This document shows positions 44,172 through 53,880 of a stretch of 64,000 nt of DNA, one piece after another. Where the stretch lies: assembly GCF_055900595.2 (NCBI RefSeq), contig NZ_CM148325.1. One strand, given 5' to 3'. The position numbers were made by a program, and so were the translations under genes. The number at the start of each line of letters is the position of its first letter. The first letter of the stretch is position 1. The notes beneath the pieces are model-generated. The model was given only the letters and a program-made list of their open reading frames with translations, ran no database searches and was not told where the DNA came from.

Positions 44172-45097
44172 AGATCAACCCCGTAAATCCAGTCTGTGTT
44201 TGTCAGGTCGAGTTTTGGTTTGCTGGCTGTCACGCCTGCCTGTTGCTTGTTACGGTTGATTTCGAGCTGGGTCCACTTGTCGCGGAGTTTGGCCGGACTT
44301 AGCACGTTACCGGACCAGAAGTTGTCCTGGCATGCCCAGCGGAACAGCACGCACATGTCGCGGTGGTTACGTCCGTCACGTTCACGCATCAGGCGGATAT
44401 CGTTAGCCCACCCTGCAAAATTCGGTTTTCTGGCTGATGGCGCGATGGTCTTCACCATGTCAAACATCCACTCTGCGGCGGTCAGGTCTTCTGCTGTCCC
44501 CCACTTGCTGCCGCTCTGAATCGCAGCATCCGGTTTCACCACAGGAAGGTCGTTTTCTGGCTGATCAGAGGATTCGCCAGAATTCTCGGACGAATAAGGT
44601 TTTATATTGTCTTTTGTTAGTTTGTCTTTTGTGTTTACCTGATTCGGGTAAACGCCTTTACCTGATTTGGGTAAACTTTTCTTACCTGATTCAGGTAAAT
44701 TTACCTCTTTCAGGTAAACTTTATTTTTCTTACCTGATTCGGGTAATGTTGACCATTCACTGACCACATTATTAATACCGATATTCCGCCCGCTCTGAAT
44801 CAAAATCCCACGCTTTACCAGAACACTTTTTGCAGCAGAACACTTGTGCGGTAATATCTCGGTCAATCCAGACAGTTGCTCGTTGCTCACCCAATCCAGT
44901 TTTTTATTAAAGCCATATGTTTTGCGCATGACAGCCAGGAAGACCAGAAGCTGGTGCTGTGTTAATCCGGCCAGCATCACAGCTTCCAGCAACTCATTTG
45001 CAATGCGCGTATAACCATCATCGAGATCTGCCACGCGCGGCTCCTTTTGTGCCGCATCCGGCACTGGAAAATTGAATATCTCAGCAGTGTTTGCCAT
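44168..45097 (-). CDS. O: Replication initiator O
   Basis: ORF 44168-45187; start placed at MANTAEIFNFPVP by analogy with lambda O; iterons lie inside the gene; C-terminus conserved with lambda O. Confidence 0.85.
   Translation of the reverse strand: MANTAEIFNFPVPDAAQKEPRVADLDDGYTRIANELLEAVMLAGLTQHQLLVFLAVMRKTYGFNKKLDWVSNEQLSGLTEILPHKCSAAKSVLVKRGILIQSGRNIGINNVVSEWSTLPESGKKNKVYLKEVNLPESGKKSLPKSGKGVYPNQVNTKDKLTKDNIKPYSSENSGESSDQPENDLPVVKPDAAIQSGSKWGTAEDLTAAEWMFDMVKTIAPSARKPNFAGWANDIRLMRERDGRNHRDMCVLFRWACQDNFWSGNVLSPAKLRDKWTQLEINRNKQQAGVTASKPKLDLTNTDWIYGVDL
44635..44747. repeat. ori-lambda-type iterons inside the O gene
   Basis: Five 18-bp repeats of TACCTGATTCGGGTAAAC type (44635, 44658, 44682, 44701, 44730) with an adjacent AT-rich run. 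Confidence 0.85.
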
Positions 45098-45183
45098 AAT
45101 TCCTCCCGCAATGAGTGTGTTACGATTTGCACCTGAAAGTCGGTTCTGTTCCAGCAGACCGGCTTTCGCCATTTCTGAACCTG

Positions 45184-45723
45184 TCATATCGCCCCCAGCA
45201 TGGTAGTAACCATCGCCATCAATGGACCAGCCAGATCTGGGTCCACACGAAACATCGATACAATACCTTCACTAATTTCCTTCAGTTTCTGGTGGCGTGG
45301 TGCGTTGAGAATGACAGCCTGTTTTGCCTCACTGAGTTCCTTTTCCATTTCAGCCAGCCGAGCTATGAAGCTATCCTGCTCAACCAGGTGGCCGCGATAT
45401 TCCAGCGGTAGTACCGCCAGAATTGCCGGGGTCAGTTCACGCACGTTATTTCGGTATTTTTCAGAATCGAATTTGTTATCGAGGAAGCGGAACAGCTTCT
45501 GGCGTGCACGGCTGACATCATCAGGGAAATCGATGGTGCCGCCGCCCTGCTCCCGATACTCATTCACAATGAGTGCGGCAACGACATCCTGATTATCTAC
45601 AGCCGACCAGGCGCGGACGGCATCACGGATTTTTTCGTGGCCTGGAGCTTGTTTTGTTTGAGAACGATTTATCACCGCAGTCGGGCTAAATCCGCTAGTC
45701 TGTTGGTATGTAAGTGGTTGCAT
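45184..45723 (-). CDS. YdaT/CII-position regulatory protein (function uncertain)
   Basis: 179-aa ORF located between the cro-like gene and O, the slot occupied by cII in lambda and ydaT in Rac. Confidence 0.45.
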   Translation of the reverse strand: MQPLTYQQTSGFSPTAVINRSQTKQAPGHEKIRDAVRAWSAVDNQDVVAALIVNEYREQGGGTIDFPDDVSRARQKLFRFLDNKFDSEKYRNNVRELTPAILAVLPLEYRGHLVEQDSFIARLAEMEKELSEAKQAVILNAPRHQKLKEISEGIVSMFRVDPDLAGPLMAMVTTMLGAI

Positions 45724-45792
45724 AATTGACTCCTTTAGTTTGAATTGACTGTTAAGTTGATTGCTTATTGTTAAAGAGCGTGAAATGGAAAT

Positions 45793-46023
45793 TTAAGCTG
45801 CGTTCTTTTCAGTGTGTGGAAACAACTTCGGAAGATCCGGGCGAATCTGGTATGCCTTCACTACTCCACCAGTAGCCGTAACAATGCTGCCGACATGTTC
45901 AGGGGATACCTTTGCTTTGTTGTGAAGCCACTTATAGACGGCCTGCTGTGAAACTTCGCAGGCAGCGCCTAGTTTCTTTTGTGAACCAACGATATTGATC
46001 GCTGTTTTGATGGCTGGGTTCAT
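45793..46023 (-). CDS. Cro/YdaS-like HTH regulator
   Basis: 76-aa ORF divergent from cI with HTH-like segment (LGAACEVSQQAVYKWL). Confidence 0.7.
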   Translation of the reverse strand: MNPAIKTAINIVGSQKKLGAACEVSQQAVYKWLHNKAKVSPEHVGSIVTATGGVVKAYQIRPDLPKLFPHTEKNAA

Positions 46024-46127
46024 AACAACCTCCGTGGTTAATTTGAATCAAGATTAAAACTATGGTTGTTTTTAGTCAACAACCATTTTCGTTTGATGAA
46101 ATAAAACCTTGGTTGTACATTTGGACT
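46024..46127. promoter_or_regulatory. Immunity-region divergent promoter/operator region (OR-like)
   Basis: Intergenic between cro-like and cI genes; inverted repeats built on GGTTGT/ACAACC (ATGGTTGTTTTTAGTCAACAACCAT, AACCTTGGTTGTACA). Confidence 0.55.
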
Positions 46128-46817
46128 ATGAAAACAACACTCTCAGAAAGACTTAAAGAAGCCAGATTAGCGCGAGGCCTTACACAAAAGGCGCTTGGGG
46201 ATTTGGTCGGGGTTAGCCAAGCAGCTATTCAGAAAATCGAAACAGGGAAAGCTAACCAAACAACTAAAATCGTGGAGATCGCGAACGCTTTGGGTGTGCG
46301 CGCAGAATGGTTATCTTCTGGCGTTGGAAATATGTCAGACAGTACAGTGCAACCAATACAAACAACTGTCAGCCATTCCAAATACTTTAAGATTGACGTT
46401 CTTGATATCGAAGTGAGTGCCGGGCCGGGAGTCATCAACCGTGAGTTTGTAGAAGTTCTACGTTCGGTTGAGTATTCGTTTGACGATGCTCGTCACATGT
46501 TCGATGGCAGGAAGGCGGAAAATATCCGTATCATTAACGTACGCGGTGACAGCATGTCAGGAACGATCGAACCAGGTGATCTGCTATTCGTTGATATCAC
46601 TGTTAAATCTTTCGACGGTGATGGTATCTATGCGTTTCTGTACGACGACACAGCCCATGTAAAGCGCCTGCAAATGATGAAGGATAAACTGCTGGTTATC
46701 TCTGATAACAAGAGCTACTCACCGTGGGACCCAATCGAGAAAGACGAGATGAACCGGGTATTCATCTTCGGGAAAGTCATCGGGAGCATGCCGCAGACGT
46801 ATAGGAAGCATGGATAA
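46128..46817 (+). CDS. cI: CI-type repressor (HTH plus S24 LexA-like autopeptidase domain)
   Basis: ORF 46062-46817; start at MKTTLSERLKEARLARGLTQKALGDLVGVSQAAIQKIE (HTH); C-terminal S24 motifs (RGDSMSGTI, KRL). Confidence 0.85.
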   Translation: MKTTLSERLKEARLARGLTQKALGDLVGVSQAAIQKIETGKANQTTKIVEIANALGVRAEWLSSGVGNMSDSTVQPIQTTVSHSKYFKIDVLDIEVSAGPGVINREFVEVLRSVEYSFDDARHMFDGRKAENIRIINVRGDSMSGTIEPGDLLFVDITVKSFDGDGIYAFLYDDTAHVKRLQMMKDKLLVISDNKSYSPWDPIEKDEMNRVFIFGKVIGSMPQTYRKHG

Positions 46818-46912
46818 TTCGACATAAATTCAACAAGTTAACTTTGGCTTCAAAAAAGCATCGATAACATTGCATTATATTTTTCCTTTTGTCTAACTTA
46901 AAAGGATGAACA

Positions 46913-47638
46913 ATGGAAGAACGTGGGAATTACCTAATAGACCCCCTAGAAGTAATTGGTTCTGGCGGTTTTGGCCTTGTAGAAAAAATAAGGTTATATA
47001 ACTCACAAAGAAAAATTTGTGGTCTATATGCCAGAAAAATTTTACGACCTGATGCAACAGATCCTGAACTCTTTACCAGATTTGAACGAGAAGTAAGATA
47101 TCAAACTGAATGCCTGCATACTAATATTGTCCAAATATTCATATGCCACTTACAGAATGCTCAGCCTTGGTTCGTAATGGAACTAGCAGAAACAAATCTT
47201 GAAGAAGAAATAAAAAGTGGAACTCTTACAAAGGCTGAAAAAATCTCTATTGTAAAAATGGTACTAAATGCCGTCGGATGGATTCATAAGAAAGGATATC
47301 TTCATCGGGATATAAAACCACTAAATGTACTAAAATTTAAAGATGGAATTTATAAGTTATCTGACTTCGGCCTTGCAAAAAATGTGTCACCAGATGCCAA
47401 TACACAGCTATTAACACAAATTGGCCAATACCCCGCTACTCCTAAATACTTTGATTACAACGTTTTCCTCAACGGATATTCAAAACAATCAGATATATAT
47501 TCAATTGGTATTTTAATTGAAGAATTAAATATTGATGGTTTTGATGATATAATAAACAAATGTACGCATAGACAACTTAACAAAAGATTCCTGACCGTAG
47601 AGCAGATCTTTGAGGAATTGGAGTTGAAACGCTTATGA
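46913..47638 (+). CDS. Eukaryotic-like (Hanks-type) Ser/Thr protein kinase, minimal 241-aa form
   Basis: Gly-rich loop GSGGFGLV, catalytic loop HRDIKPLN, DFG (SDFGLAK); very AT-rich; directly downstream of cI in the rexAB slot. Confidence 0.8.
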   Translation: MEERGNYLIDPLEVIGSGGFGLVEKIRLYNSQRKICGLYARKILRPDATDPELFTRFEREVRYQTECLHTNIVQIFICHLQNAQPWFVMELAETNLEEEIKSGTLTKAEKISIVKMVLNAVGWIHKKGYLHRDIKPLNVLKFKDGIYKLSDFGLAKNVSPDANTQLLTQIGQYPATPKYFDYNVFLNGYSKQSDIYSIGILIEELNIDGFDDIINKCTHRQLNKRFLTVEQIFEELELKRL

Positions 47639-48378
47639 TTAGCATACTCTCATCATCCATATTTTCTGTACCAAAACATAATGGCAGGGAAAATCAAGAT
47701 AGCGTGCTTTATCCACTTCAAACACCAAATGGTTATCTTATGGCTATAGCTGATGGGGTTGGTGGTTATAAAGGAGGAAAAGAAGCATCTGCAGCAGTAA
47801 TAAATCATTTGTATAGTATTAAAGACAGCTTCACTCATGAAGACAATGTCTTATCCTTACTTAAGACCCTACAAGAAAAGGTGGCATCTCTTTCGTCAGT
47901 TGATAAAGAATTAGCATCTGCTGCTACAACTTTAACAATGTGCCTACTTCACAATCAAGGTCTAACAATTATACATGTAGGTGACTGTCGTGTTTATTTA
48001 AAAAATGGAAATAAGCTAATCCAATTAACAACAGATCATACTCAACATCAAATGTTGATAGATAGCGGTATTTATACAGCTCGACAGCTCAAAAATGCAA
48101 AAGGTAAAAATATTATTACAACTGCACTTGCTGCCAAGATCCCCCTTCAACATCAAGTCATAAATATTGATAAAGATGAACTTCCTCTTGACGATGGTGT
48201 TCTATCTCTATTCATCATGTCTGATGGCGCGCATACCTTTTGGGAGCAACGCCCACGATTTTCTTACCGTACATTGTCAACCGCATCAAGGTTTGCCTCC
48301 AGCCTAATGCGAAGAATAGAGACAAAAGGCCCGACTGACGATTATTCTCTTATAGCGGTAAATGTAAAGTATTTGTAA
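47635..48378 (+). CDS. PP2C-family Ser/Thr protein phosphatase
   Basis: 247-aa ORF overlapping kinase stop by 4 nt (ATGA); motifs AIADGVGG, GDCRVY, TTDHT, SDG. Confidence 0.75.
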   Translation: MISILSSSIFSVPKHNGRENQDSVLYPLQTPNGYLMAIADGVGGYKGGKEASAAVINHLYSIKDSFTHEDNVLSLLKTLQEKVASLSSVDKELASAATTLTMCLLHNQGLTIIHVGDCRVYLKNGNKLIQLTTDHTQHQMLIDSGIYTARQLKNAKGKNIITTALAAKIPLQHQVINIDKDELPLDDGVLSLFIMSDGAHTFWEQRPRFSYRTLSTASRFASSLMRRIETKGPTDDYSLIAVNVKYL

Positions 48379-48382
48379 ACTT

Positions 48383-48410
48383 CCCGGCCACCGTGCCGGG
48401 TTTTCTTTTA
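48383..48410 (+). terminator. Intrinsic terminator after the cI-kinase-phosphatase unit
   Basis: CCCGGC-caccgt-GCCGGG hairpin followed by TTTTCTTTT, 5 nt after the phosphatase stop. Confidence 0.8.
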
Positions 48411-48774
48411 TCCCCTCCCCTCATCACGTATACCGTTCAAAAAACCACCACAATCTCCCTTCAGTTATCGCTATGCGATGCAAGTCACAAAATAAATCCA
48501 TCCTAAATACAACCAGTTACATCTAAAACAACCAATAAAACAACTTTTGTTGTTGACGATAAAACAACTATAGTTTTAAATAAATTCATCGCAACAACAC
48601 AACGATACGGCAACCACCTGATTCACCGTTGCGATGACCGCTTAGATCCGCAGCTTGAATTTCAGCAGGCTTCGGGGAGTGCGAGGGATGAAACGGACGC
48701 GTGAACGTCGGTGTGACCAGCTGAAATCAACTCAACATTTCATACCTTAGTCGCTTCAACGAGGCGGCTTAGTT

Positions 48775-49065
48775 ATGACAACCGGCGGCCATCCACCGCC
48801 TGAATACGCGCAGAAGTCTTTATATGTTCAGCAGCCCAGCTTACGGGCAGGAGTTTTTATGGTTCATCAACATTACGGAACGCAGACCGTTAATCGAGGT
48901 GCGGTCATGCCAGGAATGCTGGTCAAACACAAAGATGGTACCTGGACTGCATCAGCTAATTTACGCGGACGGCTTTATCTGCATCGCGGCATCGAGCGCA
49001 CTTATACCCGTGATTTGCTCGTGGAAGTTTTTCTCGACGGACGCGGTAACGGCCTGAATCACTAA
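48775..49065 (+). CDS. Hypothetical protein upstream of gam (kil/cIII position)
   Basis: 96-aa ORF in the early-left operon; no family recognised. Confidence 0.35.
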   Translation: MTTGGHPPPEYAQKSLYVQQPSLRAGVFMVHQHYGTQTVNRGAVMPGMLVKHKDGTWTASANLRGRLYLHRGIERTYTRDLLVEVFLDGRGNGLNH

Positions 49066-49141
49066 CCCCCCTTTCCTGTTTTCCTTATCAGCCTGGCATT
49101 TCGCGGGCGATATTTTCACAGCCATTTTCAGGAGTTCAGCC

Positions 49142-49438
49142 ATGAACGCTTATTACATTCAGGATCGTCTTGAGGCTCAGAGCTGGGCGCGTCACTACCA
49201 GCAGATCGCCCGTGAAGAGAAAGAGGCAGAACTGGCAGACGACATGGAAAAAGGCCTGCCCCAGCACCTGTTTGAATCGCTATGCATCGATCATTTGCAA
49301 CGCCACGGGGCCAGCAAAAAAGCCATTACCCGTGCGTTTGATGACGATGTTGAGTTTCAGGAGCGCATGGCAGAACACATCCGTTACATGGTTGAAACCA
49401 TTGCTCACCACCAGGTTGATATTGATTCAGAGGTATAA
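49142..49438 (+). CDS. gam: Gam RecBCD inhibitor (short form)
   Basis: 98-aa [63 protein letters not shown]... matching lambda GamS. Confidence 0.9.
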   Translation: MNAYYIQDRLEAQSWARHYQQIAREEKEAELADDMEKGLPQHLFESLCIDHLQRHGASKKAITRAFDDDVEFQERMAEHIRYMVETIAHHQVDIDSEV

Positions 49439-49443
49439 AACGG

Positions 49444-50229
49444 ATGAGTACAGCACTCGCAACGCTGGCTGGGAAGCTGGCTGAACGTGTCGGCATGGAT
49501 TCTGTCGACCCACAGGAACTGATCACCACTCTTCGCCAGACGGCATTTAAAGGTGATGCCAGCGATGCGCAGTTTATCGCATTGCTGATCGTTGCCAACC
49601 AGTACGGCCTTAATCCGTGGACGAAAGAAATTTACGCCTTCCCTGATAAGCAGAACGGCATCGTTCCTGTGGTGGGCGTTGATGGCTGGTCCCGCATCAT
49701 TAATGAAAACCAGCAGTTTGATGGCATGGACTTTGAGCAGGACAATGAATCATGTACATGCCGGATTTACCGCAAGGACCGTAATCATCCGATCTGCGTT
49801 ACCGAGTGGATGGATGAATGCCGCCGCGAACCATTCAAAACCCGCGAAGGCAGAGAAATCAAGGGACCGTGGCAGTCGCATCCCAAACGGATGTTAAGGC
49901 ATAAAGCTATGATTCAGTGTGCCCGTCTGGCCTTCGGATTTGCTGGTATCTATGACAAGGATGAAGCCGAGCGCATTGTCGAAAATACCGCATACACTGC
50001 AGAACGTCAGCCGGAACGCGACATCACTCCGGTTAACGATGAAACCATGCAGGAGATTAACACTCTGCTGATCGCCCTGGATAAAACATGGGATGACGAC
50101 TTATTGCCGCTCTGTTCCCAGATATTTCGCCGCGACATTCGCGCATCGTCAGAACTGACACAGGCCGAAGCAGTGAAAGCTCTTGGATTCCTGAAACAGA
50201 AAGCCACTGAGCAGAAGGTGGCAGCATGA
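49444..50229 (+). CDS. bet: Bet single-strand annealing recombinase
   Basis: 261-aa ORF matching lambda Bet. Confidence 0.9.
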   Translation: MSTALATLAGKLAERVGMDSVDPQELITTLRQTAFKGDASDAQFIALLIVANQYGLNPWTKEIYAFPDKQNGIVPVVGVDGWSRIINENQQFDGMDFEQDNESCTCRIYRKDRNHPICVTEWMDECRREPFKTREGREIKGPWQSHPKRMLRHKAMIQCARLAFGFAGIYDKDEAERIVENTAYTAERQPERDITPVNDETMQEINTLLIALDKTWDDDLLPLCSQIFRRDIRASSELTQAEAVKALGFLKQKATEQKVAA

Positions 50230-50906
50230 CACCGGACATTATCCTGCAGCGTACCGGGATCGACGTGAGAGCTGTCGAACAGGGGGATGATGCATGGCAC
50301 AAATTACGGCTCGGCGTCATCACCGCTTCAGAAGTTCACAACGTGATAGCTAAGCCCCGCTCAGGAAAGAAGTGGCCTGACATGAAAATGTCCTACTTCC
50401 ACACCCTGCTGGCTGAGGTTTGCACCGGTGTGGCTCCGGAAGTTAATGCTAAGGCGCTGGCCTGGGGAAAACAGTACGAGAACGACGCCAGAACCCTGTT
50501 TGAATTCACTTCCGGCGTGAATGTTACTGAATCCCCGATCATCTATCGCGACGAAAGTATGCGCACAGCCTGCTCTCCCGATGGTTTATGCAGTGACGGC
50601 AATGGCCTTGAGCTGAAATGCCCGTTTACCTCTAGGGATTTCATGAAGTTCCGGCTCGGTGGTTTCGAGGCCATAAAGTCGGCTTACATGGCCCAGGTGC
50701 AGTACAGCATGTGGGTGACGCGAAAAGATGCCTGGTACTTTGCCAACTATGACCCGCGTATGAAGCGTGAAGGCCTGCATTATGTCGTGATTGAGCGGAA
50801 TGAAAAGTACATGGCGAATTTTGACGAGATGGTGCCGGAGTTCATCGAAAAAATGGACGTGGCACTGGCTGAAATTGGTTTTGTATTTGGGGAGCAATGG
50901 CGATGA
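50226..50906 (+). CDS. exo: Exo 5'-3' exonuclease
   Basis: 226-aa [43 protein letters not shown]... matching lambda Exo. Confidence 0.9.
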   Translation: MTPDIILQRTGIDVRAVEQGDDAWHKLRLGVITASEVHNVIAKPRSGKKWPDMKMSYFHTLLAEVCTGVAPEVNAKALAWGKQYENDARTLFEFTSGVNVTESPIIYRDESMRTACSPDGLCSDGNGLELKCPFTSRDFMKFRLGGFEAIKSAYMAQVQYSMWVTRKDAWYFANYDPRMKREGLHYVVIERNEKYMANFDEMVPEFIEKMDVALAEIGFVFGEQWR

Positions 50907-51085
50907 AGCATCCTCACGATAATATCCGGGTAGGCGCGATCACTTTCGTCTACTCCGTTACAAAGCGAGGCTGGGTATTTCCCGGCCTTCCTGTTATCCG
51001 AAATCCCCTGAAAGCACAGCGGCTGGCTGAGGAGATAAATAATAAACGGGGGGCTGTATGCACAAAGCATCTCCTGTTGAGTTAA
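50897..51085 (+). CDS. Hypothetical protein (ea-region)
   Basis: 62-aa ORF overlapping exo stop. Confidence 0.35.
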   Translation: MAMKHPHDNIRVGAITFVYSVTKRGWVFPGLPVIRNPLKAQRLAEEINNKRGAVCTKHLLLS

Positions 51086-51249
51086 GAACGAGTATCGAGA
51101 TGGCACATAGCCTCGCTCAAATTGGAGTCAGGTTTGTGCCAATACCAGTAGAAACAGACGAAGAATTTCATACGTTAGCCACATCCCTTTCACAAAAGCT
51201 GGAAATGATGTTGGCGAAAGCAGAAGCAGATGAGAGAGACCAGGTATGA
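51058..51249 (+). CDS. Hypothetical protein (ea-region)
   Basis: 63-aa ORF in tandem. Confidence 0.35.
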   Translation: MHKASPVELRTSIEMAHSLAQIGVRFVPIPVETDEEFHTLATSLSQKLEMMLAKAEADERDQV

Positions 51250-51259
51250 CAACCACTGA

Positions 51260-51541
51260 ATGCATTTTTCTGGCAGCGGGCTTCATATTCTGTGTGCTTA
51301 TGCTTGCCGACATGGGGCTTGTTCAGTGACACCTCAGCAGGAAAACGCCCTTCGCAGCATTGCCCGTCAGGCTAATTCTGAAATCAAAAAAACCAGACAG
51401 CAGTTTCCGGATAAAAACGTCGATGACATTTGCCGTAGCGTACTGAAGAAGCACCGCGAAACGGTAACGCTGATGGGATTCACACCGACTCATTTAAGCC
51501 TGGCAATCGGCATGTTAAACGGCGTTTTTAAGGAACGGTGA
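51260..51541 (+). CDS. Hypothetical protein (ea-region)
   Basis: 93-aa ORF in tandem; start uncertain. Confidence 0.3.
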   Translation: MHFSGSGLHILCAYACRHGACSVTPQQENALRSIARQANSEIKKTRQQFPDKNVDDICRSVLKKHRETVTLMGFTPTHLSLAIGMLNGVFKER

Positions 51542-51639
51542 ACATGAAAAGCAAAATCATCAGGGAGCTACAGGCTCCTTTTTTATTATTCGCATTCACC
51601 CTCAAGCGTATTAACCAACAATTCAGGGATTAATGAAAG

Positions 51640-51858
51640 ATGGCAGACATCATTGATTCAGCATCAGAAATTGAAGAATTACAGCGCAACACAGCAATAA
51701 AAATGCGCCGCCTGAACCACCAGGCTATATCTGCCACTCATTGTTGTGAGTGTGGCGATCCCATAGATGAGCGAAGACGCCTGGCCGTTCAGGGTTGTCG
51801 GACTTGTGCAAGTTGCCAGGAGGAGATCGAACTTAAGAACAAACAATGGGGACTGTGA
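51640..51858 (+). CDS. TraR/DksA-family C4 zinc-finger protein
   Basis: 72-aa ORF with CCECGDPIDERRRLAVQGCRTCASCQ (four-Cys finger). Confidence 0.75.
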   Translation: MADIIDSASEIEELQRNTAIKMRRLNHQAISATHCCECGDPIDERRRLAVQGCRTCASCQEEIELKNKQWGL

Positions 51859-51905
51859 TGGCCTCAAAGCAGCAAATTTCAACATCGTCCAACTGAGGTG
51901 TAAAA

Positions 51906-52184
51906 ATGTTCAGAATCATTTTTCCTAACACCTGGTACGTCGACCACCACGGCACTCCCTGCAAAATCCTGCGTTCTACCCACAACAAAGTTCACTACAT
52001 CCGAAAAGGCAGAACATGTATCGCCAGCATGTTCCGCTTTAATCATGACTTTGAACCTGTGAATAAAGCTGATGCAGATCGGATAGCAGAAGAGATCGAA
52101 ACGGCAGAACACATTAAGAAGTTACGTGACATGCGTTCAAAAAGCAGAGGTAACCATGGAATCATACAGCCTCACACTCGATGA
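51906..52184 (+). CDS. Hypothetical protein
   Basis: 92-aa ORF upstream of xis. Confidence 0.35.
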   Translation: MFRIIFPNTWYVDHHGTPCKILRSTHNKVHYIRKGRTCIASMFRFNHDFEPVNKADADRIAEEIETAEHIKKLRDMRSKSRGNHGIIQPHTR

Positions 52185-52527
52185 GGCCTGTCAGTTTCTT
52201 AAGATATCCAGACCAACCGCCACCAACTGGATACGAACAGGCCGCCTACAGGCAACACGTAAAGATCCAACCAAGCCAAAATCTCCTTACCTCACAACAC
52301 GGCAAGCCTGCATTGCGGCGCTTCAGTCTCCGCTGCATACTGTCCAGGTGAGCGCGGGTGATGGCATAACAGAGGAAAGAAAATGTCACTCTTCCGCAGA
52401 AATGAAATATGGTATGCCTCGTATTCGCTCCCGGGCGGGAAACGAATTAAGGAATCTCTTGGCACAAAGGACAAGCGGCAAGCTCAGGAGTTGCACGACA
52501 AGCGAAAAGCAGAACTCTGGCGAGTAG
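52156..52527 (+). CDS. xisD: Excisionase-like HTH protein (3' end overlaps int; true stop uncertain)
   Basis: From Met at 52156: [37 protein letters not shown] is an Xis/AlpA-type HTH; overlap with int as in lambda xis-int. Confidence 0.5.
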
Positions 52528-53546
52528 AAAAGCTAGGGGATTTACCTGATGTCACTTTTGAAGAGGCCTGCCTAAGATGGCTTGAGGAAAAAGCTGATAA
52601 AAAATCTCTCGATTCAGATAAAAGCCGGATTGAGTTCTGGCTTGAACATTTTGAGGGTATAAGGCTTAAAGATATCTCGGAGGCAAAGATTTACTCTGCT
52701 GTAAGCAGAATGCATAACAGAAAGACGAAAGAAATATGGAAACAGAAAGTTCAGGCCGCCATCAGGAAAGGTAAAGAACTGCCTGTTTATGAACCAAAGC
52801 CAGTATCAACTCAGACAAAGGCAAAGCATCTTGCCATGATAAAGGCCATTCTCCGTGCTGCAGAACGCGACTGGAAGTGGCTGGAAAAAGCGCCTGTCAT
52901 CAAGATACCAGCGGTCAGAAACAAGCGAGTCAGATGGCTGGAAAAGGAGGAAGCAAAACGCCTTATTGATGAGTGCCCCGAACCACTGAAATCTGTCGTC
53001 AAGTTTGCGCTGGCAACTGGTCTGAGAAAGTCGAACATCATAAATCTGGAATGGCAACAAATCGACATGCAGCGACGAGTTGCCTGGGTGAATCCAGAAG
53101 AGAGCAAATCAAACCGCGCCATTGGTGTGGCGCTGAACGATACCGCCTGTAAAGTGTTGCGTGATCAAATAGGCAAGCATCACAAATGGGTGTTTGTACA
53201 TACCAAGGCGGCTAAGCGAGCAGATGGAACATCAACGCCTGCGGTCAGGAAGATGCGCATCGACAGCAAGACATCATGGCTATCAGCTTGTCGTCGTGCA
53301 GGAATTGAAGATTTCCGTTTCCATGACCTCAGACACACCTGGGCAAGCTGGCTGATTCAGTCAGGCGTCCCATTATCAGTGCTTCAGGAAATGGGCGGAT
53401 GGGAGTCCATAGAAATGGTTCGTAGGTATGCTCACCTTGCGCCTAATCATTTGACAGAGCATGCGAGGAAAATAGACGACATTTTTGGTGATAATGTCCC
53501 AAATATGTCCCACTCTGAAATTATGGAGGATATAAAGAAGGCGTAA
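52383..53546 (+). CDS. intD: Prophage tyrosine integrase
   Basis: 387-aa ORF with HDLRHTWAS...VRRYAHL catalytic motifs, ending 15 bp from argU. Confidence 0.9.
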
Positions 53547-53561
53547 CTGATTGAATTGTAA

Positions 53562-53638
53562 TGGCGCGCCCTGCAGGATTCGAACCTGCGGCCCACGACT
53601 TAGAAGGTCGTTGCTCTATCCAACTGAGCTAAGGGCGC
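53562..53638 (-). tRNA. argU: tRNA-Arg (UCU anticodon), prophage attL
   Basis: Reverse complement gives GCGCCCTTAGCTCAGTTGGATAGAGCAACGACCTTCTAAGTCGTGGGCCGCAGGTTCGAATCCTGCAGGGCGCGCCA, cloverleaf-compatible with CCA end. Confidence 0.9.
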
Positions 53639-53880
53639 GTTGATACCGCAATGCGGTGTAATCGCGTGAATTATACGGTCAACCCTTGCTGAGTCAATGG
53701 CTTTTGATCTGGTTGCTGAACAAGTGAACGACCGCGTCTGATTTTCTGATTTATTTCGCTATAGCGGCAAACAAACGTACACCGCTGCGCGTCTGAATCA
53801 AGAAAACCCGTATTTTCATGTATCAAAGTACAATTTCCCGCCCTAACGGAAAATTGTCCGATCCTATGAGACTGATAACT

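Noticed and set aside
44635-44747. Five regularly spaced 18-bp repeats considered as CRISPR-like or a tandem coding repeat
   Set aside because: They lie inside the O gene at the expected place for ori-lambda iterons and are followed by an AT-rich run; replication origin is the simple explanation.
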